Source of the DNA: Enoplolaimus lenunculus
Taxonomy: Eukaryota
Direction: 5' to 3'
Assembly: GCA_030248215.1 (NCBI GenBank)
Contig: JASANG010000245.1
Coordinates: 1-64,000, forward strand
DNA length: 64,000 nucleotides
Shown: positions 1 through 12,688 of the stretch, in pieces
Layout: each line of letters begins with the position of its first letter
Numbering within the stretch: the stretch's first letter is position 1
Position numbers and translations under genes: made by a program
The notes under the pieces: generated by a model
The model's input: only the letters and a program-made list of their open reading frames with translations
What the model was told of the DNA's origin: nothing
Database searches by the model: none

Positions 1-608
1 TCTTCCGTTCAAGTTGCGTATTGCTCAAAAAATAGAAAGCATTTCATACATATTGGTGACGGGGGTGAAAATCTCACATAACCAAAACGGTTTAACTTCA
101 AGTCTCAGCGATTCCACCGTTTTTCTAAAGGTTGGGGAGTTGGAAAAAACGTTTTTGATTTCCACAAGCCGGTTTGCAAATTAATGTGGATGACGCATAA
201 CCTTGAAAATTTAAAATTGAAAAGCGATACGAAGAGCTACAGTAATATTTCCAAAACGAATAAACGTGGCGATATAATTTTTGACACTTTGGCCAATGTA
301 AACAACAGGGGTGGAATAGTATTTTAAGCATATTCCTCAGCATAAGCCCCTTAAAAACATCACCGATTTATTCGTCGTATAGAACAGGCCCGTAGCCAGC
401 TCACCTTGTCAGGTAGGGCTTAAGAGTTTCAGAAATGACATTCAAGGGTTTTCAATCAGTTACCAGCAAGGGTTAAATCTTTTTAGGGTGGCCCAAATTT
501 TTCCAGGGGGGGGGGGGCTGAGCCCCCCTTGCCCCCCTTTTGGCTACGGACCCACATAACGGAAGCAATACTTTAGGTTTTGCCAATATTGATTACGATT
601 ACACTCAC

Positions 609-917
609 AACACGGACCGTCGTGTTGTTTTCCATCGCTGAATGGGCCTTCAGCTGTTTTCGCTCTCGCTTCGTTGAGCTGTTCGGCGAGCCATTTTTTA
701 ATATGAGGAGGCAATTCGACAGCGTTCGCTTCTCGATTTTTTGACACCCGAGGGTTTGTTTCAGGTTGAGGCTTTGTTATTTTGGGTTTGACCGTTTTTC
801 GTTTTGGCATCACTGGCTTAACGGGGTTCCGGTTTGGTCGATTAGCTGTCACTTTAGGCACGTTTGACTGCTTAATGACTGTGTTACTGGTATGATCGGA
901 TTCATGCGATTCTTTGG
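609..917 (-). CDS. Duplicated N-terminal Pro/Lys-rich exon of the CAP/SCP gene; any downstream exons would lie outside the window
   Basis: Acceptor ttttaag before 917 and donor gtgagt after 609. Near-identical to exon 14552-14860. Confidence 0.6.
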
Positions 918-993
918 CTTAAAATTGTAACATTGTATTTTGTTTCAAAATGTCGGCTATGATCAAATAGAAAGAAATAACACATGATATTAA

Positions 994-1257
994 CCCCTTC
1001 TCACATTGAGTTGCCTATAGGCAACTACAGCGCAGTATATATACGTTAAATAATATATATCGCACCGTGTTTAACAATTGCAACACGTATACATAGTTCT
1101 AAATCACCACAAGACGTGAGAGCCCCCTCGCGCTCGAGCGTCAAGCTCCTATAGCTGAGTGGTGATGGTATACGCCTCCCACTCCAGTCACTGGAGTTCG
1201 AATCCTTGCATAAACGTAGGTGTCAGGGGAAATAGAAAATATTCATGTGAGAAAGGG
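994..1257 (+). mobile_element. piggyBac-type MITE (TTAA TSD) carrying a tRNA-derived segment
   Basis: TTAA|CCCCTTCTCACAT...ATGTGAGAAAGGG|TTAA. Internal A-box TAGCTGAGTGGT and B-box GTTCGAATCC. Confidence 0.85.
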
Positions 1258-2009
1258 TTAAATTTCATTCGCAAACCCAAGTTTGGTAATGTCATTTACA
1301 ATTAAAAAGGTTTTCAGTCCGGGAAAATGAAAAATTTAAACCTATGTACTAAAATTTGAAATACCTCACTTACGACTTATACGGGATTCACGTTACCAAT
1401 TGTACGCTTGGTACTTCTGTTATCACCTACCCATAGGATGATGTAGAAACAACCTGTATGAATAGTTGGTTTAGTCTTCGGTTTGTTACCCATATGGGTA
1501 CCTTGCCATTTTATACAATACTTGTAGCTAGCATATACGTTTTTGAAAGATATTTTGTAAAAAAGATTAAATCGGACTTGAAATATACAAATCACTGTAC
1601 TGAGACGTTTTAAAATGCAAGCTTAAAAATTTCATTATGTTTGCATTTATGCGGGCTATGAGTAGACATCTTGACTATACCCATACGGGTAGCTCAGTAT
1701 TTTGAAAATCTAGCTATGGGTAACGCTTTATTTTTTGTCGGTATCCATATGGGCAGCAAAAAAATTAGTGCGTACCATTATAGGCATATTGATAAAAGAG
1801 GTATCAAGCGCACAGTTGGTAACGTAAACCCTGCATAAATAAAGCAAGGCTTAAAGCTTTACAATATACCTACTGTTTGGCATCGGAACAACACCAAAGA
1901 ATACTCTGTATATACCGGTACATGCTCGCATTTATATTTAACCAAACAATAAACTTTGAAACTCATGTAACGCGGTGTCCTTAAACACTTTCAGAATAGT
2001 GCTTCAAGC

Positions 2010-2652
2010 CAGGGTTGTAATCTGCCCGGGCCAAGGCGGGCCCGGACCTACATTTTGGGCCCTCGGACCTAAGCGAACCGGGTCCGGACTGCCAGTATAA
2101 AATAAATCGCAGCAGTTTCCTATGCCAGACCCAAAGCCTTAATAGTGTTTATTATTTTTTTATTGGCCGTGTATATAGCGTGTATACACCTATGAGGACA
2201 TTTTCCAAGTCAAGTTTGAATTTTGGTAAGATATATGGGTTGGCCAAACTTCTGCAATTGGCTCAGAAACTGATTTCAGAATAATTTGTGGCATCAAAAA
2301 CCCATTAGACGTTATCTTCGGTTTCTTTCAAGAACCGCCGTAATGTATAATTACCCGGTCACTCATTGCGACAACTTACAGTTTGTTGGTAAATTCAATC
2401 CATTCGGAATTGTAATTGTTAATTTTTATCACTTTTATGTCAGAGGTCTCTCCCAGAGCCACCCCTCGGTACACACAAAACAGACACACACAAAACCTGG
2501 ACATTGGTCTAAAATTGTTTCCCTGTTAACGGGTTATGTTTATACCGTTTGTTTGATATTTTGTTTTGGGTTCCAGAAAATTTAAAATCTGTGGACCCAG
2601 GTCCATGCCGGCCGGTCCCCGGCCCTGAAAAACCGGGCCGGTTCCAACCATG
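2010..2652. mobile_element. hAT-like MITE (mirrored at 12850-13490)
   Basis: Termini CAGGGTTG...CAACCATG, GC-rich subterminal CCGGGCC repeats, 8-bp TSD CTTCAAGC/CTTCAACC. Confidence 0.75.
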
Positions 2653-2813
2653 CTTCAACCGTCGCTGAGACTACATCAGACAAGAGCAATGGTGTATCCA
2701 AAAATTTGCGATAAGCACGATACTGAAAAAACGTGAGTGTCTGAGCGAGCGAAGCGAACAAGAAGCCAAACGCAATTTTAGTATTAAACCCTAATACAGA
2801 ATTTTGGTTTTGG

Positions 2814-3816
2814 TCATAATTCGGTGCCCAAAGCCTGGTCGGACAACCTTGGATCCGCCAACGAACAAGAGCATGTGAAATGTCTGTCGGAGTATAACCA
2901 AGACTTGCCAAAGACGGCGGTGGACAGCACCGGACCGCAATAGATTTCGTTCAGAGATATGAGCAACTCTCCGGCAACACAGAATGTACTCAGTTGCATA
3001 CTCTTGTCTAAAATTCGTCTTTGATGCGACTTAAACGTACCGATTTTTTGCTCACAGTAATCGCTAGCAATCGTACAACAACTGGCTCTCTTCGCAACGG
3101 ATTTATAGTCTAACGTACATTGAGCCGAGGCACCAAAAGATTTACATTGTCGTTCAAACAATACACAAATACTACCAGGCAGTACAACTTTTGGTTGCTG
3201 TTTAGATTTAGGCTTAGGAGTGGTTGTAGTTGTTGTCAGTCTCACAGTTGGTCTTTGCAGGTTTCTAGTCGGTGATATTTGTGGCCGTTTTGGCGTAGCT
3301 GTCGTTGTCGTTGGTCGTCGCTTGGAATTAGCGAAACCGTTTGGCCGAAATTTTTGCGAAGCTTCATTTTCGGTCGTTTTGCGGCTGGACGCTGGACGAA
3401 TGGTTGATCGAACTCGTGGTCGTTTGGTGGTTGGCCGTGATTTAACTTGAGGCTTTTTTGTTGTATTTTTACGTCTGATTTCGACTGAATGCGTTGGTTT
3501 TGTCTTTGTTGATTTTTGCTGTTTTATCGTCGTGGAGTTGAAGCGATTTTGTTGAATCGACGATTTAGTACGATTTGATGCATCGTTTGACGACACAGAA
3601 GGGTGCGATGGTGCTGGAAGCGAATTGTATCCGAGCTCATCGCAAAGTTTGACAAATTTATCACACCATGCTGGCCGAGTTGCTGATCGAACAAGCCGGG
3701 TGATGCGTTGGTCTGGATGACTCAGGGAGTGTACAGGATAAGTTTGAGAATATACCGGTCTATGACATTCACCTATGGTCGTGAACACGATTGCTGATAG
3801 GGCAATTGAACAGAAC
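2814..3816 (-). CDS. Terminal exon of a probable secreted protein: end of signal peptide, Thr/Pro/Lys/Arg-rich linker, Cys-rich C-terminal domain (open copy)
   Basis: Acceptor tttatag followed in frame by FCSIALSAIVFTTIGEC. About 330 codons open. Cys cluster from SICVLF to FTCSC. The first exon was not located. Confidence 0.7.
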
Positions 3817-4225
3817 CTATAAAATGTAGCATAGAATAAATTAATGATAACGGATAGAAAAAGTCAAAATTAGTACAAGTTTAAAATTTTAAAATTTTAA
3901 ACTGTAGATTTATCAAACTGGACCGGACAAAAATTGGTCAAACTGTTGAATGAGTTGATTTGTTCAATAATCTTATGACCTTCGAACACCAGTTAAACAA
4001 AAAAATTACGGATATTGAACACAACCTGGTACAAAAAAACAACGAATAATTGTGAAAAATATTAATTTCAACATTCGTGGTGTATTAATTTTCTAGTAAA
4101 CGTCGTAATGGCTGTGTTTCTGTAACCCTACTTAAGTATAGCATATACTAAAGTATCTTCCAAGCAATTATTTTGCGAATTTATCGGTTCTGTACTAGAG
4201 ACTAACAGTAGAGATATATTGGTAA

Positions 4226-4449
4226 CCCCGTCTCACATAGAGTTGCCTATGGGCATCTCAGCGTAGTGTATATACGGTATATCGCACAGTGTTTAACAAA
4301 TGCAACACGTATACATAGTGCTAAAATTAATACCACAAGACGTGAGCTGAGTGATGATGGCAAACTCCTTCCACTCCAGATACTGGAGTTCGAATCCTAG
4401 CATAAAAGTAGGTCTCAGGGGAAATAGAAAATATTCATGTGAGAAAGGG
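4226..4449 (+). mobile_element. Internally deleted copy of the piggyBac-type tRNA-carrying MITE (mirrored at 11042-11266)
   Basis: Same TIRs and B-box; lacks the segment around GCTCGAGCGTCAAG. Confidence 0.8.
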
Positions 4450-4482
4450 TTAAACGAAAAATTTTCAGTTTACTATCTATAA

Positions 4483-4745
4483 CCCCTTCTCACATTGAGT
4501 TGCCTATAGGCAACTTAGCGCAGTGTACATACCTTAAGTAATATATATCGCACCGTGTTTAACAATTGCAACACGTATACATAGTACTAAATCACCACAA
4601 GACGTGAGAGCCTTCTCGGGCTCGAGCGTCAAGCTCCTATAGGTGAGTGGTGATGGTATACGCCTCCCATTCCAGTCACTGGAGTTCGAATCCTAGCATA
4701 AAAGTAGGTCTCAGATGAAATAGAAAATATTCATGTGATAAAGGG
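4483..4745 (+). mobile_element. piggyBac-type tRNA-carrying MITE (mirrored at 10746-11008)
   Basis: CCCCTTCTCACAT...ATGTGATAAAGGG with ATAA/TTAA flanks. Confidence 0.85.
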
Positions 4746-4994
4746 TTAAGTTTACTTTATTTCAGATTATCGCCTCGACATGGTATACCTCCTTTAAGCA
4801 CCTATTATAACATTCTACTCCTGACGCTATTCCAACTTTGGCATCACTTAAGGATAACTGAGGTGGTAAATAATCTCGCAACCATTGACGTCTTAAAGTT
4901 GTCAACATCAGCATACTGGATATTTACGTTTTCTTCATTTGCTTGTATCAAATAAGGTTTGGTAGCAACTTTTCATGTCGGTTCAACGATAGTT

Positions 4995-5437
4995 CTGTGG
5001 TGACTCGAATAAGATGGGCGTAATAAGAGTGGGGTACCCATTTTGAGTTCCAATCAATAGGAGTTCGTATTTCTAATAAGAGTCCGTAAGCGGATAGAGT
5101 CCTTAAACCCTAATTAGAGTCCATAAATGTCAACTATCCCTAATTGCAGTGCATAAATGACTCCAGAGCCAAATAAAGTTGAGCTCAAAACTTTAAAGCA
5201 TACTGATGTTTTGAAAGTACATTCCTAAGTATAACCTTGTGTTATCGCTCAAACTTTTGATGCAAGGCAAAAAACGTTTCATTCAACGAATAGTTGCAAT
5301 ACCGGATACCTCAGTAATGAAGAGAGGTGAAGGGTGGGTTAAAAATAAACAGCAGTCCGTAAGCGAATAGCACGGCGGTACCCTCTGGAGAGGTCAAATA
5401 ATATATAAATCCTTCCGTCTTATTCGGGTCACTAAAG
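4995..5437. mobile_element. Tc1/mariner-pogo-type MITE, CTGTAGTGACCCGAATAAG family (mirrored at ~10056-10496)
   Basis: Same TIR and internal sequence as 18113-18529, 26089-26511 and 44841-45280. Confidence 0.75.
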
Positions 5438-7589
5438 CCACAAGGACCAAGGTCATTGGCTAGAAATTTACATCAGACTTGCAGGTAACTTTATTTCGTA
5501 ACGCCTGTAAATAGATGTCATATTATGGTGTTGGTGGCACCTGGTTCTTTCTTTGTTAACTAAATTATTTTGTTTTGTTTTTAGTAATCGTTGGAGGACT
5601 GAAATTTTTTCTTCAGCAAAACAAAAACGTCCATCTGTGTTGAATTTTCTAAATTTTAGATAACAAATTATATATCTTTTTTGCCTTTTGTTTTTTGGGT
5701 GTTGCTTCCGCCATCGTGGTTGTTATACTAATTTACAGTTGCTGTATTTTTTTGTTCGTCCCGCTTGGTAGGTTTTACTGGCTAGTTTTGTCGGGCGGAT
5801 CGGATAAATTTTTCCGTCGGACCGGATCGTAAAGGAATAAAGTTTAGTAATACTGAAAAAGTTAACGATGAAGGTGTATTCTTCTCTTTTTGTTGCGTAT
5901 GCATGTTTCTTTCCTGCCAATAGCGTCAACTAGGATATTTACTAAGAAAAACCCCAGATCTGCGAGACGATACAAAACAAAAAAGCAGATCTACTTAGAT
6001 AGTGTAAAGTTAATCGTCAAAATGCGACGGCAATATCAACAACTTGATACAAAAAACAGGCCCTGAGCCAAAAATCTCTATGCGCTCAATTAGTCAAACA
6101 AACTGTTACAGTTATTATGCGTCCACTGCGCTGTCTCGTATCTGCTGCCGCACTAATTGCTGTGTGCTTGCGCTCGTTTGAAATTCAGTTGGCAAGTATG
6201 GTTTATCTTGACTAAGACATCATGCATTAATTAGAAAATGTAAAGGATGGTCTTCGCATTTGCCGCCAATTTGCTTCTATGTCTTATCAGATCTTGTCCC
6301 AATGCATTCTTCTAATTAACAAGAAATTGCATTATTTCTAATACAAAAAAATTGCATTCTTCCAGACGAAAAATTAGTATTCTTCATAGCAAATTATTAT
6401 TCTTCTAATTAAGAAAAACACTTCTCTCAATCAAAAAATAAGCATTATTGCATATACAAAAATGCTTCTTCCATACAAAAAATTATTAATTACTATAAGA
6501 AAACACTTCTCTCAACAAAAAATGCCTTTTCATATACAAAATGCTTCTTCCAAAACAAAAAATTAATATTCTTCTAATAAGAAAAAACCGCTTCTCTATA
6601 TCAAAATAAGCATTATTGCATATACAAAATGCTTCTTCCATACAAAAAATTATTAATTCTTCTAATTAAGAAAAAACACTTCTCTCATCAAAAATAAACA
6701 ATTATTGCATATCGATTGCTTCTTCCAAAACAAAAAATTAATATTCTTCTAATTAGACCGCAGTTACTTTAATAATCAAAAAATTATGCATTATTTGCAT
6801 ATACAAAATTGCTTCTTCCATACAAAAATTATTTTCTTCTATTAGAAAAAAACAGCAGTTGATGTTTGGGGTGTAAATTTTACCAAATTTGCAAAATGCA
6901 AACAATGACAATTATAATATATTTAATGAAATTTTGGTGTTCTAGTGTAAATGACAGTTGTAAAAATTTTGCTTTCAACAATACGGGAGACGTTATATTT
7001 TCATAATCATAAGTCGAACTATGTGACGTAACCAACTTCACTAAACAAGGAACATCAAAAATCAGGGAAGTAATGCGTGATGCCACTGTTAGGAAAGCCA
7101 AAAATTATCTCAGCTCAACGCTAAGCTTGATCTTCAATTTTATGCAGCTCTCACGACTTGTGGAGATTTTGCAATGCAAATTCTGATAACTTGCGATACA
7201 TGCGCATTGCGTACTAGCAAATACACGCACCGACAGTAACGTGTGCCGTGTAGCCGAGAATTTAGATATATGTTGCCCCAGCGGCGGATTCAGAAATTTC
7301 TGACAGATGCGGGCTGGCAAAAGTTATGAAACTCAATTTTAACTGTGAGTAATATATGTGTCAATTTTCTGAGGGAGAAAATTGTATGGTCGGGGACCTT
7401 AGCATTTTATAACAAATAACTATCTGACGGGGGGCGGGCGTGCGCCAACCTCCACCCCTCGTTTGGAGCCGCTAGTGGGTCTGCTGGAATATGGTTGGAT
7501 CGCAATTTTGTTCTTATTTTGATAATGTAGACTTAAAAGTTTAAAACGACTCTTCGATTCGGCGCTGTTTGATATTCACGCAAAAGACA

Positions 7590-9045
7590 GTGGAAGTAAT
7601 TACTAATTTTTTGTTTATTGGAAGTAATTGCTAATTTTTTTGTATATTGCAAATAATTGCTATTAATTTTTTGATTATTGAGAGTAATTGCTGTTTTTTC
7701 TTAATTAGAAGTAATTAATAATTTTTTGTTTATTGGAAGTAATTGCTAATTTTTTTGTATATTGCAAATAATTGCTATTAATTTTTTGATTATTGAGAGT
7801 AATTGCTGTTTTTTCTTAATTAGAAGTAATTAATAATTTTTTGTTTATTGGAAGTAATTGCTAATTTTTTTGTATATTGCAAATAATTGCTATTAATTTT
7901 TTGATTATTGAGAGTAATTGCTGTTTTTTCTTAATTAGAAGTAATTAATAATTTTTTGTTTATTGGAAGTAATTGCTAATTTTTTGTATATTGCAAATAA
8001 TTGCTATTAATTTTTTGATTATTTAGAGTAATTGCGGTTTTTTTCTTAATTAGAAGTAATTAATAATTTTTTGTTTATTGGAAGTAATTGCTAATTTTTT
8101 GTTTATTGGAAGTAATTGCTAATTTTTTGTTTATTGGAAGTAATTGCTAATTTTTTGTATATTGCAAATAATTGCTATTAATTTTTTGATTATTGAGAGT
8201 AATTGCTGTTTTTTTCTTAATTAGAAGTAATTAATAATTTTTTGTTTATTCGAAGTAATTGCTAATTTTTTGTATATTGCAAATAATTGCTATTAATTGT
8301 TTGATTATTGAGAGTAATTGCTGTTTTTTTCTTAATTAGAAGTAATTAATAATTTTTTGTTTATTGGAAGTAATTGCTAATTTTTTGTATATTGCAAATA
8401 ATTGCTATTAATTTTTTGATTATTTAGAGTAATTGCGGTTTTTTTCTTAATTAGAAGTAATTACTAATTTTTTGTTTATTGGAAGTAATTGCTAATTTTT
8501 TGTATATTGCAAATAATTGTTATTATTTTTTTGATTATTGAGAGTAATTGCTGTTTTTTTCTTAATTAGAAGTAATTAATAATTTTTTGTTTATTGGAAG
8601 TAATTGCTAATTTTTTGTATATTGCAAATAATTGCTATTAATTTTTTGATTATTTAGAGTAATTGCGGTTTTTTTCTTAATTAGAAGTAATTACTAATTT
8701 TTTGTTTATTGGAAGTAATTGCTAATTTTTTGTATATTGCAAATAATTGTTATTATTTTTTTGATTATTGAGAGTAATTGCTGTTTTTTCTTAATTAGAA
8801 GTAATTAATAATTTTTTGTTTATTGGAAGTAATTGCTAATTTTTTGTATATTGCAAATAATTGCTATTAATTTTTTGATTATTGAGAGTAATTGCTGTTT
8901 TTTCTTAATTAGAAGTAATTAATAATTTTTTGCTTATTGAAAGTAATAACTAATTTTTTGTTTATTGGAAGTAATTGCAATTTTTTTGTTTATTAGAAAT
9001 AATTGCTAATTTCTTGTTAATTAGAAGTAATTGCTAATTTTTGGG
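7590..9045. repeat. AT-rich satellite: ~114-bp higher-order unit built from four ~28-bp subunits
   Basis: Repeating TTTTTTGTTTATTGGAAGTAATTGCTAA / GTATATTGCAAATAATTGC / GATTATTGAGAGTAATTGC / CTTAATTAGAAGTAATT, about 12-13 units. A degenerate mirror lies at 6300-6860. Confidence 0.95.
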
Positions 9046-11664
9046 TACAAGTTATCTGTTAATTAAAGTACGATAGAAGCTAAAACTTGTGTCTGGTCTA
9101 AAATGTCGAAGTACTCAATCACTATTAACATTTTCATAATTAAATTTGACATTGATGTCTTTAGTTTTTCTAGAGTCACAACTGCCAAACTGTAAATTTT
9201 CATTAACGAGCGCAAGCATCTACAGCAATTTAGTTTTGCTTGGCAGTCAGTTTATACTGTAGACAGCGCAGTTTTGGATCTGCTTTACATAATAACTGTA
9301 ACAGTTTTGTTTTGACTAATTTGACTGTCGCAATTAAGTAGTATTTTTTGGCTCAGGGCCTGTTTTTTGTATTTTACAAGTTTGTTTTGATATTTTTGCC
9401 GGAATTCTGATTTTTCGGTTATGAGTTTTTAACATGATTGAAGTTAGATTCTGCTTATTTCGTTTTGTATCGTTCATTCGCAGTTATTCTGTGGGTTTTT
9501 TCTTAGTAAAATATTCCGAGTTGTTACGTGTATTCTGCCAGGTAATAGAAACATGCATACTGCAACAAAAGTTAGAAGTAATACACCTTCATCGTTAACT
9601 TTTTAATAGTATTACTAAAACTTTATTCCGATTACGATTCCGGTTCCGACGGAAAAATTTTATTCCGATTCCGCTTCCGACAAAATCTAGTTCCAGTTGG
9701 AACCCTACCAAGCGGGTACGAACTAAAAAAATACAGCAACTGTTTAAATTAGTATAACAACCACGATGGCTGTGTAGCATACATTTTCCCAAAAATACAA
9801 AAGTGTTCAAAAACATGTATATATAATTTGTTATCTAAAATTTAGAAAATTCAACACAGATGGACGTTTTTGTTTTGCTGGAGCAAAATTTCAGTCCTGC
9901 AACGATTTCTAAAAACAAAACAAAATAATTTAGTTAACGAAAAGAACCAGTGTGCCACGAACACCATAATATGACATCTATTTACAGGCGTTACGAAATA
10001 AAGTTACCTGCAAGTCTGATGTAAGTTTCTAGCCAATGACCTTGGTCCTTGTGGCTTTAGTGACCCGAATAAGACGGAAGGACTGATATTTATTTGACCT
10101 CTCCAGAGGGTACCGCCGTGCTATTCGCTTACGGACTGCTGTTTATTTTTAACCCACCCTTCACCTCTCTTCATTACTGAGGTATCCGGTATTGCAACTA
10201 TTCGTTGAATGAAACGTTTTTTGCCTTGCATCAAAAGTTTGAGCGATAACACAAGGTTATACTTAGGAATGTACTTTCAAAACATCAGTATGCTTTAAAG
10301 TTTTGAGCTCAACTTTATTTGGCTCTGGAGTCATTTATGCACTGCAATTAGGGATAGTTGACATTTATGGACTCTAATTAGGGTTTAAGGACTCTATCCG
10401 CTTACGGACTCTTATTAGAAATACGAACTCCTATTGATTGGAACTCAAAATGGGTACCCCACTCTTATTACGCCCATCTTATTCGGGTCACCAGAGAACT
10501 ATCGTTGAACCAACATGAAAAGTTGCTACCAAACCTTATTTGATACAAGCAAATGGAGAAAACGTAAATATCCAGTATGCTGATGTTGACAACTTTAAGA
10601 CGTCAATGGTTGCGAGATTATTTACCACCTCAGTTATCCTTAAGTGATGCCAAAGTTGGAATAGCGTCAGGAGTAGAATGTTATAATAGGTGCTTAAAGG
10701 AGGTATACCATGTCGAGGCGATAATCTGAAATAGGGTAAACTTAACCCTTTATCACATGAATATTTTCTATTTCATCTGAGACCTACTTTTATGCTAGGA
10801 TTCGAACTCCAGTGACTGGAGTGGGAGGCGTATACCATCACCACTCAGCTATAGGAGCTTGACGCTCGAGCCCGAGGGGGCTCTCACGTCTTGTAGTGAT
10901 TTAGTACTATGAATACGTGTTGCAATTGTTAAACACGGTGCGATATATATTACTTAAGGTATGTACACTGCGCTAAGTTGCCTATAGGCAACTCAATGTG
11001 AGAAGGGGTTATAGATAGTAAACTGAAAATTTTTCGTTTAACCCTTTCTCACATGAATATTTTCTATTTCCCCTGAGACCTACTTTTATGCTAGGATTCG
11101 AACTCCAGTATCTGGAGTGGAAGGAGTTTGCCATCACCACTCAGCTCACGTCTTGTGGTATTAATTTTTAGTACTATGTATACGTGTTGCATTTGTTAAA
11201 CACTGTGCGATATACCGCATATACACTACGCTGAGTTGCCTATAGGCAACTCTATGTGAGAAGGGGTTAACAATATATCTCTACAGTAAGTCACTAGTAC
11301 AGAACCGAAAAATTCGCAAAATAATTGCTTTTAAAATACTTAAGTAGGGTTACAGAAACACAGCCATTACGACGTTTACTAGAAAATTAATACACCACGA
11401 ATGTTGATATTAATATTTTTTTTTCACAATTATTCGTTGTTTTTTTTTGTACCAGGTTGTGTTCAATATCCGTAATTTTTTTGTTTAACTGGTGTTCGAA
11501 GGTCATAAGATTATTGAACAAATCAACTCATTCAACAGTTTGACCAATTTTTGTCCGGTCCAGTTTGATAAATCTACAGTTTAAAATTTTAAAATTTTAA
11601 ACTTGTACTAATTTTGACTTTTTCTATCCATTTCCATTTATTTATTCTATGCTACATTTTATAG

Positions 11665-12688
11665 GTTCTGTTCAATTGCCCTATCAGCAATCGTGTTCAC
11701 GACCATAGGTGAATGTCATAGACCGGTATATTCTCAAACTTATCCTGTACACTCGCTGAGTCATCCAGACCAACGCATCACCCGGCTTGTTCGATCAGCA
11801 ACTCGGCCAGCATGGTGTGATAAATTTGTCAAACTTTGCGATGAGCTCGGATACAATTCGCTTCCAGCACCATCGCACCCTTCTGTGTCGTCAAACGATG
11901 CATCAAATCGTACTAAATCGTCGATTCAACAAAATCGCTTCAACTCCACGACGATAAAACAGCAAAAATCAACAAAGACAAAACCAACGCATTCGTTCGA
12001 AATCAGACGTAAAAATACAACAAAAAAGCCTCAAGTTAAATCACGGCCAACCACCAAACGACCACGAGTTCGATCAACCATTCGTCCAGCGTCCAGCCGC
12101 AAAACAACCCAAAATCAAGCTTCGCAAAAATTTCGGCCAAACGGTTTCGCTAATTCCAAGCGACGACCAACGACAACGACAGCTACGCCAAAACGGCCAC
12201 AAAAATCAGCGACTAGAAACCTGCAAAGACCAACTGTGAGACTGACAGCAACTACAACCACTCCTAAGCCTAAATCTAAACAGCAACCAAAAGTTGTACT
12301 GCCTGGTAGTATTTGTGTATTGTTTGAACGACAATGTAAATCTTTTGGTGCCTCGGCTCAATGTACGTTAGACTATAAATCCGTTGCGAAGAGAGCCAGT
12401 TGTTGTACGATTGCTAGCGATTACTGTGAGCAAAAAATCGGTACGTTTAAGTCGCATCAAAGACGAATTTTAGACAAGAGTATGCAACTGAGTACATTCT
12501 GTGTTGCCGGACAGTAAGGATGGTGCTATACAGTTTTGCTCATATCTCTGAACGAAGTCTATTGTGGTCCGGTGCTGTCCGCCGCCGTCTTTGGCAAGTC
12601 TTGGTTAAACTCCGACAGACATTTCACATGTTATTGTTCGTTGGCGGATCCAAGGTTGCCCGACCAGGCTTTGTGCACCGAATTATGA
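11665..12688 (+). pseudogene. Second copy of the secreted Cys-rich gene, with an in-frame TAA at 12515-12517
   Basis: Has the same acceptor as the left copy. It carries 21 extra nt (reading Q*GWCYTV), after which the homologous frame continues to TGA at 12686-12688. Confidence 0.6.

Larger units (their letters stand above)
19..6860 (-). repeat. Left arm of a ~15.4-kb inverted duplication (palindrome)
   Basis: Reverse complement of ~7590-15442. For example, 61-127 matches 15332-15400 in reverse complement, and ORFs 544-861, 2286-2585 and 2814-3788 mirror 14608-14925, 12917-13216 and 11693-12517. The MITE copies are mirrored too. Confidence 0.95.

Noticed and set aside
1255..1290. SL1 spliced-leader-like sequence (GGTTAAAT...ACCCAAGTTTG)
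   Set aside because: It is an interrupted partial match spanning a MITE end, with no SL RNA donor or Sm-site structure.
2286..2585. 99-aa ORF conserved in two copies (also 12917-13216)
   Set aside because: It lies inside a hAT-like MITE, and its conservation only reflects the palindrome.
12514..12533. GTAAGG...CAG as a micro-intron removing the premature stop
   Set aside because: It is only 20 nt long and its removal would shift the frame.
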